64,000 nucleotides of DNA from Podarcis muralis (lineage: Eukaryota). A program made the translations under genes and the position numbers. Shown here in pieces: positions 48,833 to 60,427 of this stretch. Under the pieces are notes generated by a model. That model was not told the DNA's origin and ran no database searches. It saw nothing but the letters and a program-made list of their open reading frames with translations. Numbering within the stretch: the first letter of the stretch is position 1; every line of letters starts with the position of its first letter. Location of the stretch: contig NC_135657.1 in the NCBI RefSeq assembly GCF_964188315.1, positions 99,448,001 through 99,512,000 of the forward strand. The letters are read 5' to 3'.

Positions 48833-49648
48833 TTGAGCACATACCATTCCTTGAACACCAGTTGGAAGTACATTATTAATCATTTTTAAAAATAAGAACG
48901 GATTTGCCAGTTCCTGTCTGAAATGAAGACTCTCCTTGAACCTTCTTGTTTACGTCTGTTTCAAAGAACAAGTCAGGCACCAGACTAACAAATGGGTTGT
49001 GCTTTTCTTGAGACATTTTAGTTGCTCATCCATGTGATTTATAATTCCACATCGATGAGGAATAACTAAAACCTCGCATTTATGAGGACTGAGTTTTCCA
49101 TATATATGCATTTTGTGTTCTTGGCAAGCAATGATTGTTGTATGCGCAACTCTTCATTTTTGCCAACTAAGTGCCACCATTTACAGAAAAGTGAATGCTG
49201 AAGTACACGATGTAGACGGCTGGTGGGAGGCATCTCACTGGAACAGTCATAAAAATTTAAGCCTGAAAATACTGAGTTACTTGGAGATAATTAGGCTGGA
49301 ATTTAGAAGGTCCTGGGAATGTGCATTGGAATTCTTGACTTTTCTTTAAACAGCAGATCCTCATACACTCCTTCATGATGCCCAACGGCTTGAGGGGGAA
49401 AGCTGCAGTTTGAAAGCCCACTCCCTCGTGTGAAACTAGTTGCCCATTTCCTCAGATCCCACTCTGAGAACAAGTATTGTTCTCAGGAACTGCTTTAGGT
49501 ACCCAAGCCTGAGGGTATTTGGTTCCAGGTTGTCTTGGAGGTCAGCCTTTAAAAAGTGGCGGCTTGATTCTGCCTCCTTGATGCACTCTAACATTTCCCT
49601 TCTGTGGATTAACAGCAGAAGAGAATTGTGTGAATGTAAGGTCTAAGA

Positions 49649-49894
49649 TAGGGGTCAGCAAACTTTTTTCAGGCCGATCCACTGTCCCTCAGACCTTGTG
49701 TGGGGCTGGACTATATTTTGGGGGGGAAATATGAACGAATTCCTATGCCCCACAAATAACCCAGAGATGCAGTTTAAATAAAAGGACACATTCTACTCAT
49801 GTAAAAACACGCTGATTCCCCAACCATCCGCAGGCCGCATTTAGAAGGCGTTTGGGCCGGATCCGGCCCCCGGGCCTTAGTTTGCCTACCCATA
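49649..49894. mobile_element. hAT-Charlie-like MITE (246 bp)
   Basis: TAGGGGTCAGCAAACT ... AGTTTGCCTACCCATA; GGGCCGGAT subterminal motifs; TSD GTCTAAGA / GTCTAGGG. Confidence 0.75.
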
Positions 49895-50806
49895 GTCTAG
49901 GGTAAATGACAATGGGATGGATCATAGGCAGAGAGGGTTTCCTTTCCTGGAAATCCTTTTCGTACCATTCCATAGCCTTCTCCCTCCACCTCCAGCTACC
50001 GTGTTAGCTTCCAGACTTTCACAATGAGCAGTCCAAAGTTGCAACAGAGCTTGTATTTGAAACCAGATCTCCTTGGTCCTACTGCAGCTCCCTAATCATT
50101 ACAGTAGAGGTGAGAAGTGCAAGTATTAGCCCCACTGAGGGGTGGGACATGGCAATGGAGAGGAGAAAATGCTGCCAAAAGTCATTTGCTCCCTTCATCC
50201 CTGGATTCTGAGTCTATATCAACTGCTCTTGAAAGTCTAGTAAGTTTTAAAAGCTTCCATTATGCCACACAAGGATGCAGTTTTGGGGGGTGGGAACACA
50301 AGCTCCCTTGGGCATGCAGAAACTTTGAGTAGTTCTTTGGTTCCTAGGCAAAGTTTATTTGATGTATGTGGCTTTTGGTGCTTCTTCCGCTTTTTATCCT
50401 CACGAAACTCTATAGGCAAGTCAGGCTGAGAGATGGTGACAGGCCTAAGGTCACCTGGTGAGCTTCACTGCTGAGGGTTTCCTCAGTCCTTACCCTTCAT
50501 TGCAGTCTAACTGCTGTACCACGCTGTCACTCTGAAGCTGTATTCCAATGAAGGCTTGTTCATGAGAAGTACTTTTTGGTGTTTTCATGGAATCAGCTCC
50601 GGAGTGACCCAACACCAAAAGATGGATCTGAGAGGCTAAGTAAACAAATAAACGGACAAACCTGGAACAAGATTACGAAGTGGAGTAGCTGGGTTCACTT
50701 CCACCTGCAATCTTATCCCAGGTTTACTGAGTTTTAATATCACCAGATGGGTCCAGAAAAGAATAGCTTTGACAAAGTGTATTCCAGAAATTTCAAAGCT
50801 ACAATA

Positions 50807-51048
50807 CAGTGGTACCTCAGTTTAAGTACTTAATTCGTTCCGAAGGTCCGTACTTAACCTGAAACTGTTCTTAACCTGAAGCACCACTTTAGCTAATGGG
50901 GCCTCCTGCTGCTGCCGCGCCACCGGAGCACGATTTCTGCTCTCATCCTGAAGCAAAATTCTTAACCCGAGGTAATATTTCTGGGTTAGCGGAGTCTTTA
51001 ACTTGAAGCGTATGTAAACTGAAGCATATGTAACCCGAGGTACCACTG
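50807..51048. mobile_element. Tigger-like MITE (same family, opposite orientation)
   Basis: TA|CAGTGGTACCTC ... GAGGTACCACTG|TA. Confidence 0.87.
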
Positions 51049-54000
51049 TACCCATGTACTAATCACTCAGTAACCTTATTGTCTAATTTCTGCCTAATTT
51101 CATGGTGCGTGTCTCAAATTCAATCCTGAGAAACCACATACCAGAACAATTTTGCATTATGTGGAAGAACGTACAAGTAGTCTTAGAAAAATCTATGAAT
51201 TTCCTATAGGTTACTATGATGAGTTGTACAGGAACAGCATGCCACAGTAATATGCTTGGTTCAATTAGAGGCTTCCCACCCCACAATTTACAGGTCATAT
51301 AAAACCAGAGCAGACATATTAAATACATGAGACTTGGATAAACAAATAATAGTAAGGGAAGGTAAAACTACATAGGTGAGTTAAGGTCACTTAAGGTTTC
51401 ATTTCTTACTTTTGTAGTCAAAAAAGCACAATTAATATGCCCATAGCATTTAACTACTGGCCTCTGTTTTCTAATGCAAAGCAGAATGTTAAAGATGTAA
51501 AAAGGTTTATTGAAATACAAAAAGCACAGCCCTTCTTTAGGGGCATATCTTTAAAAAAAAAATAACACCCCTATTAAAATTACTATGAGAGACTTAATAG
51601 CATTCACATTTCTTTTTTCTTTTTTAATTGCAATTAGCCAGCAACATTATTTAAAAAAACACACTTTTTAGAAGCCTTCTTTCGTCTAGGAGTCAGGATT
51701 TTTGTACAATAGTAGGCATTATCATAATTGTGTGGGTTTTTTATATGTGCAACTTGTTAGTTTACCATTCTGTAATGTTGTTAGTCCAATATTCTAGGGT
51801 ATTATAAAGTTAATGAGGAGTTCATCATTTTTTTTCCAGATTATTCCCCTGAAAAACTGTGTAGTTCAAACTCCCAATTTTTTATTAGTTGAACCTTCTG
51901 TGAAACATTAATAGGATGCCATCATCCTCTTTCAATGGTTTTCTTTTCTTCATAGCATGTTGATCATGCTGTGGGAGTTAGAAAACAATAAAACTAATCT
52001 GGAGATTTTTCTGAGGGAAAAATAGGATATTTGGCCATTTCAAGTGGTGTTCTAAAATTGCTTACGAAGTGCTGTAAAAAAGAACAGGTGTGTGAATTAT
52101 ATCTTTATATTCCTAACTCAAAAGAGCCCAGAGAACATGGTTCCACTCCTCTCTTTTTTTCTTTGCTACAATGTTATGTGGTAAGGCCTGCTGGGAAAGT
52201 GAAGTCACACCCGCCCCATATATTTATAGCACATGGTTTCCCCTAAGAAAACACGAGAACTGTCATCTACGCCTCACAGAGCTACAATTCCCATTACCCT
52301 TAACAAACCACAGTTCCCAAGATTCTTTTGAGAAAGCCCAAATATATGGTGTGCATGTGACCTAGAAATTTTTCCATGTCTTCACTTTATCAGAAAACAA
52401 AGGATATCTTCTCACCACCAGCCATCTCAAACTTGTTTTCGTCAAGTCTTCAGTCAGAAGGGCCTTGGCAGATTATATTTTCTTGGCAAAGGGCAATGCG
52501 CAGTCACTAATTTGTAATTTATCCTTTCAGATAATCGTTGGTCTTGTCTCGGTGTTGGATTTTTTAAAGTCTTCAAATCCCAGAGAGATACTGTGCAGGA
52601 GATACATGGAATAACTTGATTTTGAGAAGGGGCCATAGAGCAGAGGCAGAGCTCATACTTTTCATGCAGACAGTGGCTTCCCCTATTGCTAAAGTCACCC
52701 AGTTCTAGGAAGCTGGGCAGCGATGGCATGGGATGAATGATACTGTGGACTCCTCCTTCAGAAGCTTCTGACCTTGAAGGTGGTGTAGGAAAGTGCAGGA
52801 TTACTAACATAATGTGAAAAGTGTGCCCAGGATGAGTCCCACTGAAAACCAAAGGGCTTCCTATGTATAGAATCATAGCATGGTGATGTGATTTATTTCA
52901 AAATGAAGCCTTGCATTTATAGCAAAAGTCTAGTTTAAAAGGAGTAGGCTAAGAGGGGCTGCCATTCTCAATGGCCTCGCTTTATGCGTCACTGCAGTGG
53001 GGATTCCAGCATTTGCTCGCTGTTATCATATACATCCAGTCTGACCTACCAGCTGCTTCAACAAGTATATTCTTAAACCTTCTGAATTCTGTTTGAAGTT
53101 CATAGGGTGAAATCATCCTAAACACAGAGGTTCTTGCTTCAGTAGCTTGTTGACTTTGAAAGGGGACACCATGTTTTAGCAACTATCTTTGGCCACGTCC
53201 CCATGCGATGTGGAGGGGGGATTCAGCTGCCATTTATTATTTCACGTGAACAGAAAAATATGGTTCTTAGCTTGCTGCTTAACTGTGTTCTCATTTTATA
53301 TAACGCTTTAAAGTCAATTAATGCCAGTGCTTTATTGACAAGAGTCCCCAGCCCACAAATCGTTTATGATACCCTCTTTAGATACTGGCTTTAGACGGCT
53401 GAGGAAAGGCATGGTTTTCCTAAAAGCACTGGAAGCCAGGCTTATGGATTTCATTAAGGGCTTCCCTTTCCCCCTGAAGCAAATGTCTCCCTCTATCAGC
53501 TTGCCTGTAATCCTTCCAATTCTCTTCTGCAAAGCCTAAAATTAAAAGAATTATACTTTCACAATTCACATTTTTTTCCCGCAAGAGCCTGTTATTTATT
53601 TTCTGTCTCTTGTTTTCTGTCCTCTTAGTGTTAGATAGATACATGGATATATATTGACATAGATAGATAGATTCCCAGTAACAAGAATTTAGTCTTGTGA
53701 AATTTGCAGCCTAACAAGTACATAACTCCAGGCTGGAAGAGAGTCAATTTAAAACTGGTTTGCTGCCCTTTATAGTTCGGGCAGGAAGTCCCTGTAGACC
53801 TCTGTTGTTTGTCAAGAAAAAACAATCCTCTTGAGAATGCAGATGGGAATGCTTGAGAAGCCTACAGTATTAATTTTATATACAGCCTGCTGAGAGCGTC
53901 TCTGTCAGTCCAGACCTCCAGCTAAGCTTGCCTCTCTTATCTCCTTTTCCTGTCAACAAACGAAAAAGGTGAAAGTAACTAAATGAAAACTAGCTAGACA

Positions 54001-55694
54001 GACATTGGGATAGATTGGAAATGCTCAGGGCGACAACCACATGTGTGTGTGTGGCATGTATATAAGCACAGACATATACCTTCCAGAAAGTTTAAGTGAT
54101 AAGTCTTACAACAGTAAACAAAGATGGAAACCAAAACGCTAGAGAGGGGATCGTCTTAATGAAAACCATTTGTGTGCTAAATTGAAAGGAAAGCTACCGT
54201 CTTTGAAGCCATATGTTTGATTGGTTATTTGAAAATTCTTCTTTGCGATGGTATTCTGTGATTCCAAAGGCTAGAAAAATGTAACTTGGACTTGCTATTT
54301 ATTGGTTCTTGAAAGCACCCATTGACCTTAGAATTCGTTTTGGCAGTACGTGTATGCATTATGAAATTGTGGGTGTACCCAAAACGTAAGAACTGGGTCT
54401 TATACATACACTTTCTCTCTGCATAGTAGACATCACTGCTTAGTATGAAAAATTCCTGGGGACGCTTAAGTAGGGAATAATCCCCACTGGACAGAAGAGA
54501 TTTACTTCTGAAGTTGAACAAACATTCATCATCTTCACCAAAGGCCTTTCTCTGGCTACACTCTGTACCTTCAGAGGTCAAACAGGTGGTCTGTGGTTAG
54601 ACCCAGACTGTGGAATCCTCTCTGTCAGCAAGTTTGCTGTGTGTTTTGTCTGCCATCTTTGATGCACCAGTCAAAATCCATCCTATCATGGGTTTATTGT
54701 TGATTTTTGATTTTTGATTTATTTATTGTTATTTTACATTATTTTATCAGTTGTTTTAACTGCTGGCTCTGCAGTTTTGTTCATTTGTTTATTGTTCCAG
54801 GGTTTGTTTTTTTACTTTATTCAGTTATTTCATAAAATTTATCCGCCGCTTGAATATTAAAAACAAAAACCTCAAGACTGTGTACAAAAATATAAAAATA
54901 AAACGATAAAATCATCAATAAGGAGATTTAACAACAATTACTGGAGACTTTCGAGAACATTAGATGCAGAACAGGGTATGGTACAGTATCTGTGTGAAAA
55001 ATCATGACCTTTTAATCATTTCACAGCATTCCAAACATTTACAATATTTCTTTAAGGTTCTGCCTTTGGAACAAAACGTGTGTGAGAATTAGGCAGTTCT
55101 TAACAGGCAATATGCCAGACACAGCATATCACATTTCCGTATGTTGTGCCCACAATGGCTTCTCCAGTTTGCAAACATGCCCACGTGCCCACGAAGTTTA
55201 GCAGTTCCTGTTTTCAAGCATCCATTTCACTGTGGTTACACGAGCTCTTAATGGAATGCCTGGTAAGAAAATCCTGGGAGCTAGCTGAAGTCTGCTAACG
55301 TCTGAATATAGGATGAATTCCTTAGTTTGGATACTAATATGCCATAATCCATAATCATTTTCCTCATATCAAAGAGTAGCTTGGTATATGTTTCACTTTT
55401 TCCTGCTGCTGGAATGAACGCTGTGCTTTTTACAGCATTTGCTTTTTCTTAAATTACTCATATAACTGAACCTGTTTGCGTATTAGCTTTGTGCCAAAAA
55501 AATTTATCCTGCATTTTTTGACATTTCTCCATCAGTTAATGCGGGAGGGAGAACGTATTTGAAAATTAGCAACAGTGAGAGAAAAATGTCAGCGCAATTC
55601 TCCTGGGGGGGATGTAAGTTTTCTGTTGTGCCTGTGTTACTTTTGAGGTGCCTAAGGGATGTTTAAGGCACGTGGGTGGCGCTGTGGTCTAAAC

Positions 55695-56380
55695 CAGTGT
55701 TTCCCAACCTTTTTTGGGCAAAGGCACACTTGTTTGATGAAAAAAATCTTGAGGCACACCACCATTACAGCCCCGTGACGTCAGCGCGCAGCGTCACGCC
55801 GGGAGGGAAGGGCGCCGGGGCGCTGCTGCTGCTGCTGCCGCCGCCGCTCCCGGCAGGCATGGGCCCAGCTGAGGCGGCGGCGGCTGTTGTGGTGGTGGCG
55901 GCGATAGCGGGCGGAGGAGGGGGCGGCGGCGGGGCCGAGGTGGCCGGCGGCGGCGGGGGAGGCAGCGGCGGGTGGAGCAGGAGGGCAGCCGAGGCCGGTG
56001 AGGGAGTAGGGTTGCCCGGGGCTTGAGGAGCCGTCGCCGGGAGTTGCTGCTGCTGTTGTTGCTGCTGCTGCCCGGACATGCCGGCCTCCTCCTCGTCCGC
56101 TGTCTCGCGCTCCTCCCTTTTGCGCGCGCTGCCCCGCCGCCGCCCCATTGGCCGGGTCCTGTCAGCTGATCCTGTGTTATTTCCTGTGTGTGTGTGTGAG
56201 GGGAGAATGGAGAGAGAAACCTCGGCACCACCACCGCGGAGCCGCCCCCGGCTCGACACGGATCCTCGCCGCCGCCACCCCGCCTCTCGCCGCCCGACTC
56301 GCCCGCCTCCCTCCCACGGCACACCAGGCAACGCCTCGCGGCACACTAGTGTGCCGCGGAACACCGGTTGGGAAACACTG
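55695..56380. mobile_element. Non-autonomous hAT (Charlie-like) DNA transposon carrying a captured host gene fragment (Pack-type)
   Basis: Perfect 15-bp TIRs CAGTGTTTCCCAACC / GGTTGGGAAACACTG; 8-bp TSD GTCTAAAC (55687-55694, 56381-56388); subterminal GGCACAC motifs; the SINE it interrupts resumes exactly after the TSD. Confidence 0.93.
55765..56079 (-). pseudogene. RANBP9: Captured RANBP9 N-terminal fragment forming a 104-aa chimeric ORF
   Basis: MSGQQQQQQQQQL...ASAALLLHPPLPPPPPPATSAPPPPPPPP...SSSSSAPAPFPPG shares four ordered anchors with recalled human RANBP9 (MSGQ..QQQQQQQQL..AAAAALLLHPPPPPPPATAAPPPPPPPP..SSAAAPFPHG). It then runs into VTLRADVTGL* near the element end. Confidence 0.8.
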
Positions 56381-57245
56381 GTCTAAACCACAGAGCCTAG
56401 GGCTTGCCGATTGGAAGGTCGGCAGTTTGAATCCCCGCGACGGGGTGAGCGTCCGTTGCTCAGTCCCAGCTCCTGCCCACCTAGCAGTTCGAAAGCACGT
56501 CTAGTTCAAGTAGATAAATAGGTACTGCTCTGGCAGGAAGGTAAATGGTGTTTCCGTGCGCTGCTCTGGTTCGCCAGAAGTGGCTTGGTCATGCTGGCCA
56601 CATGACCTGGAAAAACTGTCTGCGGACAAATGCCAGCTCCCTTGGCCTATAAAGCGAGATGAGCGTACAACCCCAGAGTCGTTCACGACTGGACCTAACA
56701 GTCAGGGGTACCTTTACCTTTACCTTTAAGGGATGTTTAGGAGCATCCTTCTTCTCATTCTCCAAATCACCTCACCAGTGATCTGTACTCTGAGGCTTTC
56801 CCAGGTTCCTGGGCCTCAGTTAAAAGCCCATTATGAGGTAAACTTGTCTCATGGGCCTTTTTCAGATCAGGAAACATGTGGTGCCAAGGGAGGCTGCAGA
56901 GTACTAGAGAAATGTTCAGGGCGAGTGGCGGAGAGACACCACACACCATCCCCAGCCTCTTCAGAACAACTGAAATTCTAATAATACTGAACTTTAAAGA
57001 AAGTGAGGGACAGGACAGCACTGGTATTAAGAAAATGGCGGGCACATAGTACGTGCAACAAGTCAGAAAGCTGTTGAATTTTCAGTTCTCTAATAGACTT
57101 TATCAGCCATCGTCGTGGCTATGTCACTGGTTTATTTTTCCAAGTAAAATTGATTTCATTCAGCTCAGTTTCACCATTAAGAAGCATTGAGAGATTCCAC
57201 CTGGGCAGAGCTTAAGGTTCACTATGCGCAACGTAAAACAGAATA

Positions 57246-57487
57246 CAGTGGTGCCTCGAGTTACATATGCTTCAGGTTACAGATGCTTCAGGTTACAGAC
57301 TCTGTTAACTCAGAAATAGTACCTCGGGTTAAGAACTTTGCTTCAGGAGGAGAACAGAAATCGTGCTCCGGCAGCACGGTGGCAGCAGGAGGCCCCATTA
57401 GCTAAAGTGGTGCTTCAGGTTAAGAACAGTTTCAGGTTAAGAACGGACCTCCGGAACGAATTAAGTACTTAACCCGAGGTACCACTA
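57246..57487. mobile_element. Tigger-like MITE (same family)
   Basis: TA|CAGTGGTGCCTCG ... CGAGGTACCACT; right end slightly damaged. Confidence 0.82.
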
Positions 57488-57529
57488 AGGGGAAACTCAC
57501 ACATAAACTGTAACGTTACTGACCAGGTC

Positions 57530-57701
57530 AGTGGAACAGCTTCCCATCTGATGTCAAGGGGATGAGTAATTCTATCATCTTTAGAAGACATCTGAAGGCA
57601 GCCCTGCATAGGGAAGCTTTTGAATGTGCAATGTTTTATTATGTTTAATATATGTCGGAAGCCAACCAGAGTGGCTGGGGCAACCCAGTCAGACGGGCGA
57701 G

Positions 57702-57743
<42 letters not shown>
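57530..57743 (+). mobile_element. L2 3' end with (TTA)n tail
   Basis: GTGGAACAGCTTCCCATCTGATGTCAAGG...CAGAGTGGCTGGGGCAACCCAGTCAGA followed by (TTA)n from about 57703. Confidence 0.8.
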
Positions 57744-60196
57744 GGAAGCTGTGACCATTTGCTGCTCTCCATCATGTGTAATGTAGAAAGAACAGCAAAA
57801 AGCATTTTCTTATGCACGTGGGATGGTCACATTCCTCAGCTGCAGATCCCCATTTCGCATCACGCTCAACATTAGAGCTTCTGGGGTGGTTTTGTGGGTG
57901 CAAAATTAGGGAGAAGGTTTAGTAAAGAATGTGAGTTGTGCAGAAATCCTTTCTGCTCGTGCACAGGGATCTTTGTATCCAAGCCACAATGCCTAATTGG
58001 CGAGTTGAGCCCCCTTCTATTTATGCATCACAGGATATAAATTGCCTTCAGAGATAATTTTATATGCCTCCAGCCCCTGACTGTGAAACGCCTCACATTC
58101 TGCCGCTGCCTGTTTTTGTGGAAAGCAGCTTAGTTGGTTTGGCTTTTGTGCCTGTTTTTACACAGCAATAAAGGGACTGCTTTGATTTCCCAAGCATGCT
58201 GCTTGTGTTTTAGCTTCCTAAGGGTACCTATTTGCTGGTAGCCAAGCATTAGACCCAACTTAAACAGTATTGCACTTGAAGGAAATTGCTCTCAAAATAA
58301 CACGCTTTGAAAGAATATAAATCTCTTTCTGCCTGCTGCCCCCTGAGCACAGCATTTCAGAAGCTACCAAACTATTCTTCCAAAAGTTCATATTGACCTT
58401 TCTTAAATATTCACAGAGGTTGTTACGCAACAGGTGGACAAACGTTTCTCAAATATCTGCAGTGTTTTCTACTGTGGATGCACATCTGCTGTTGAATAAG
58501 AAACTTTTTTGCTAGAGAAGATTGGAGCAACTTGCAAAGGCAGAGACAGTTCAGTGTGAACCAGTCCTATATGTTCCAAGCTTCTACCCAATAATCAAAT
58601 TTAAGAACAGAACTGATAATAGCTTACTTTAGAATAGTAATATATTCTGTCCAAGCACATAACGTAAGAGTATAAATTTAATATATCATGAGAACCTGCT
58701 TGTTGCATTCAGGTCTTGCGGAAAGTGCACCTCACTTGGAGCTAAAATGATTACTTAGAGGTTGACTTAGACAAGTGATGTTCTACCCCCCACCGTGCTG
58801 TTTCTTTCTTTCTTTTTTCTTGGAAACTTTTCCATCTGGCTAACCTGCTTTAACTTCAAGAAACGGGTCAGTCCAAAATCTACAGTTTCTAGGCAATAAA
58901 TAATTTAAAAAGAAATGGGTCAGCAGTCTGATAGGATTCAATCTAATAATGGAATAAGTGGATCTGGCTGTTGAAAAATATACTTCCTTCCCTAATAAAT
59001 GCAAGCTTCAAAGCCTCCATTTCCAATGGCATCTGAAGCCACACAGGCCAAGCAGAATATATAAAATTAATATATGTTAGATATGTAATACAGGGTAATT
59101 CATAATGAAGTATGCTGTTTCCATTTATAGTAAATGGAAACTGTATACTTCATTATGAATCACCCTGTACAATAAAATCAAACTTTGTACACATTGTCTT
59201 GTCCTATATGATCATATGGAGTTACTGCAACAAAGGACTTAAGGTCATCTTTAACACCATGCATTATCAACTTATTGAAACTCCAAAATAATAATATTGT
59301 CCAGTTTAAAGTTTATTTACAGTTAAGTAGGAAGGTTACTAATTAGTGTAATAATGTTAGGATGCCATAGGAGTAAGATCCCCACCAACAAGTTCCCTCA
59401 GTACGTTCTGATTATCCAAATCTGGGTCATCTTTGATACCACCTCCATGCATTTTCTCTGTCCTATTCTATATGACACATTTGCACTATGTTTGACAGTT
59501 AAGCATTCTTGGCAATGTGGGGGAAATAGCCCAAGTCACGCAGTGGCATAACCTTGGTCCTTCCTCCTAGAGCCTTATTTGCTTTGTAGATGCTTGTTGC
59601 ATTGGACCATTTGCTTCTCAAAATCTCTGCTTGTGTGGCCAATTCAACAGGAACTAGGTAGAGTCAAGAAGCTCTCAAAACAAGGGATATGTGCCAATGA
59701 ACTGAAGTATTTTTTAAGAGAGCAAATGTTTTCCACAGGCTTTCTTATGCATTATGTATCTGTTCTGGAATTTTTTTTACCTCTTCTTTGCTTGGTCAAC
59801 TACTACCAGATTTTGCTAAGTTTTTATACTCCCATACCTTAAGAATTTGTACCTTGCTCTGCAGCTCAGAGACTCATACATTGTGTAATGAATCACCTAG
59901 ATACCCTCTTTGTATAGATAGAGAGAGGTTTCTAAGGTCAAAATCGCCATCCACACCACTTGTGATGGCACAAACAAAAGCTGAGCATTTTCGTGCTATT
60001 GAAAACTATATGTGGTTGGTGGCATTTGGTGGTACTGTCAGCTAGAGACAACAGTACTTTCTTTAACTGTGGGCCAGAGACCAGCTCAAAGGAAGCTTGG
60101 ATAAAAATAATCACTAATGGTTTTGCATCACCATGGAGGATTATTGGTAGACAGGGGAAAGCAGTGTTGCTGACATCTTGCTGTCTGACACAGCAT

Positions 60197-60411
60197 CCAG
60201 ATGACATTTGGGTGTATTGGACTAGGACCTGGGAAACCAGGGTTCAAATCTCCACTGAGTCATGAGGCTCACTGGGTGACTTTGTTCAGTCACCATCACT
60301 CAGCCTAATCTACTTCACAGAGCTCTTTGTGAGGATGAAATGGGAAGCAGGAGAATCATGTATGCCACCTTGAGCTCCTTGACAGAAAGGTGGGATAGAA
60401 ATAATAATAAT
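60197..60411 (+). mobile_element. MIR/CORE-like tRNA SINE with (AAT)n tail
   Basis: GGACTAGGACCTGGGAAACCAGGGTTCAAATC...CTCAGCCTAATCTACTTCACAG...GCCACCTTGAGCTCCTT. A reverse partial copy lies at about 32620-32720. Confidence 0.7.
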
Positions 60412-60427
60412 GGATAGTAATAACTTG

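Larger units (their letters stand above)
55666..56726 (+). mobile_element. Sauria SINE (second subfamily) split by the hAT insertion
   Basis: Head 55666-55694, remainder 56381-56726; TSD TAAGGGATGTTTA (55653-55665 / 56727-56739). Confidence 0.92.

Noticed and set aside
49464-49486. Palindrome CTGAGAACAAGTATTGTTCTCAG resembling a glucocorticoid response element
   Set aside because: The AGAACA/TGTTCT half-sites are 5 nt apart, not the 3 required; a single short palindrome can arise by chance.
54225-54581. 118-aa ORF (and similar unassigned ORFs at 444, 52454, 62708)
   Set aside because: No recognisable homology, splice context or domain; consistent with chance ORFs.
55765-56079. Possibility that this is the real RANBP9 gene or a retrocopy
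   Set aside because: No downstream SPRY-coding sequence or further exons, no poly(A) tail, and it is bounded by TIRs and an 8-bp TSD.
55676-56504. Other overlapping ORFs in the GC-rich cargo (55794 -, 55676 +, 56078 +, 56148 +) and the extension above ATG 56079
   Set aside because: These are expected stop-poor frames of GC-rich DNA; only the frame from 56079 matches a recognisable protein.
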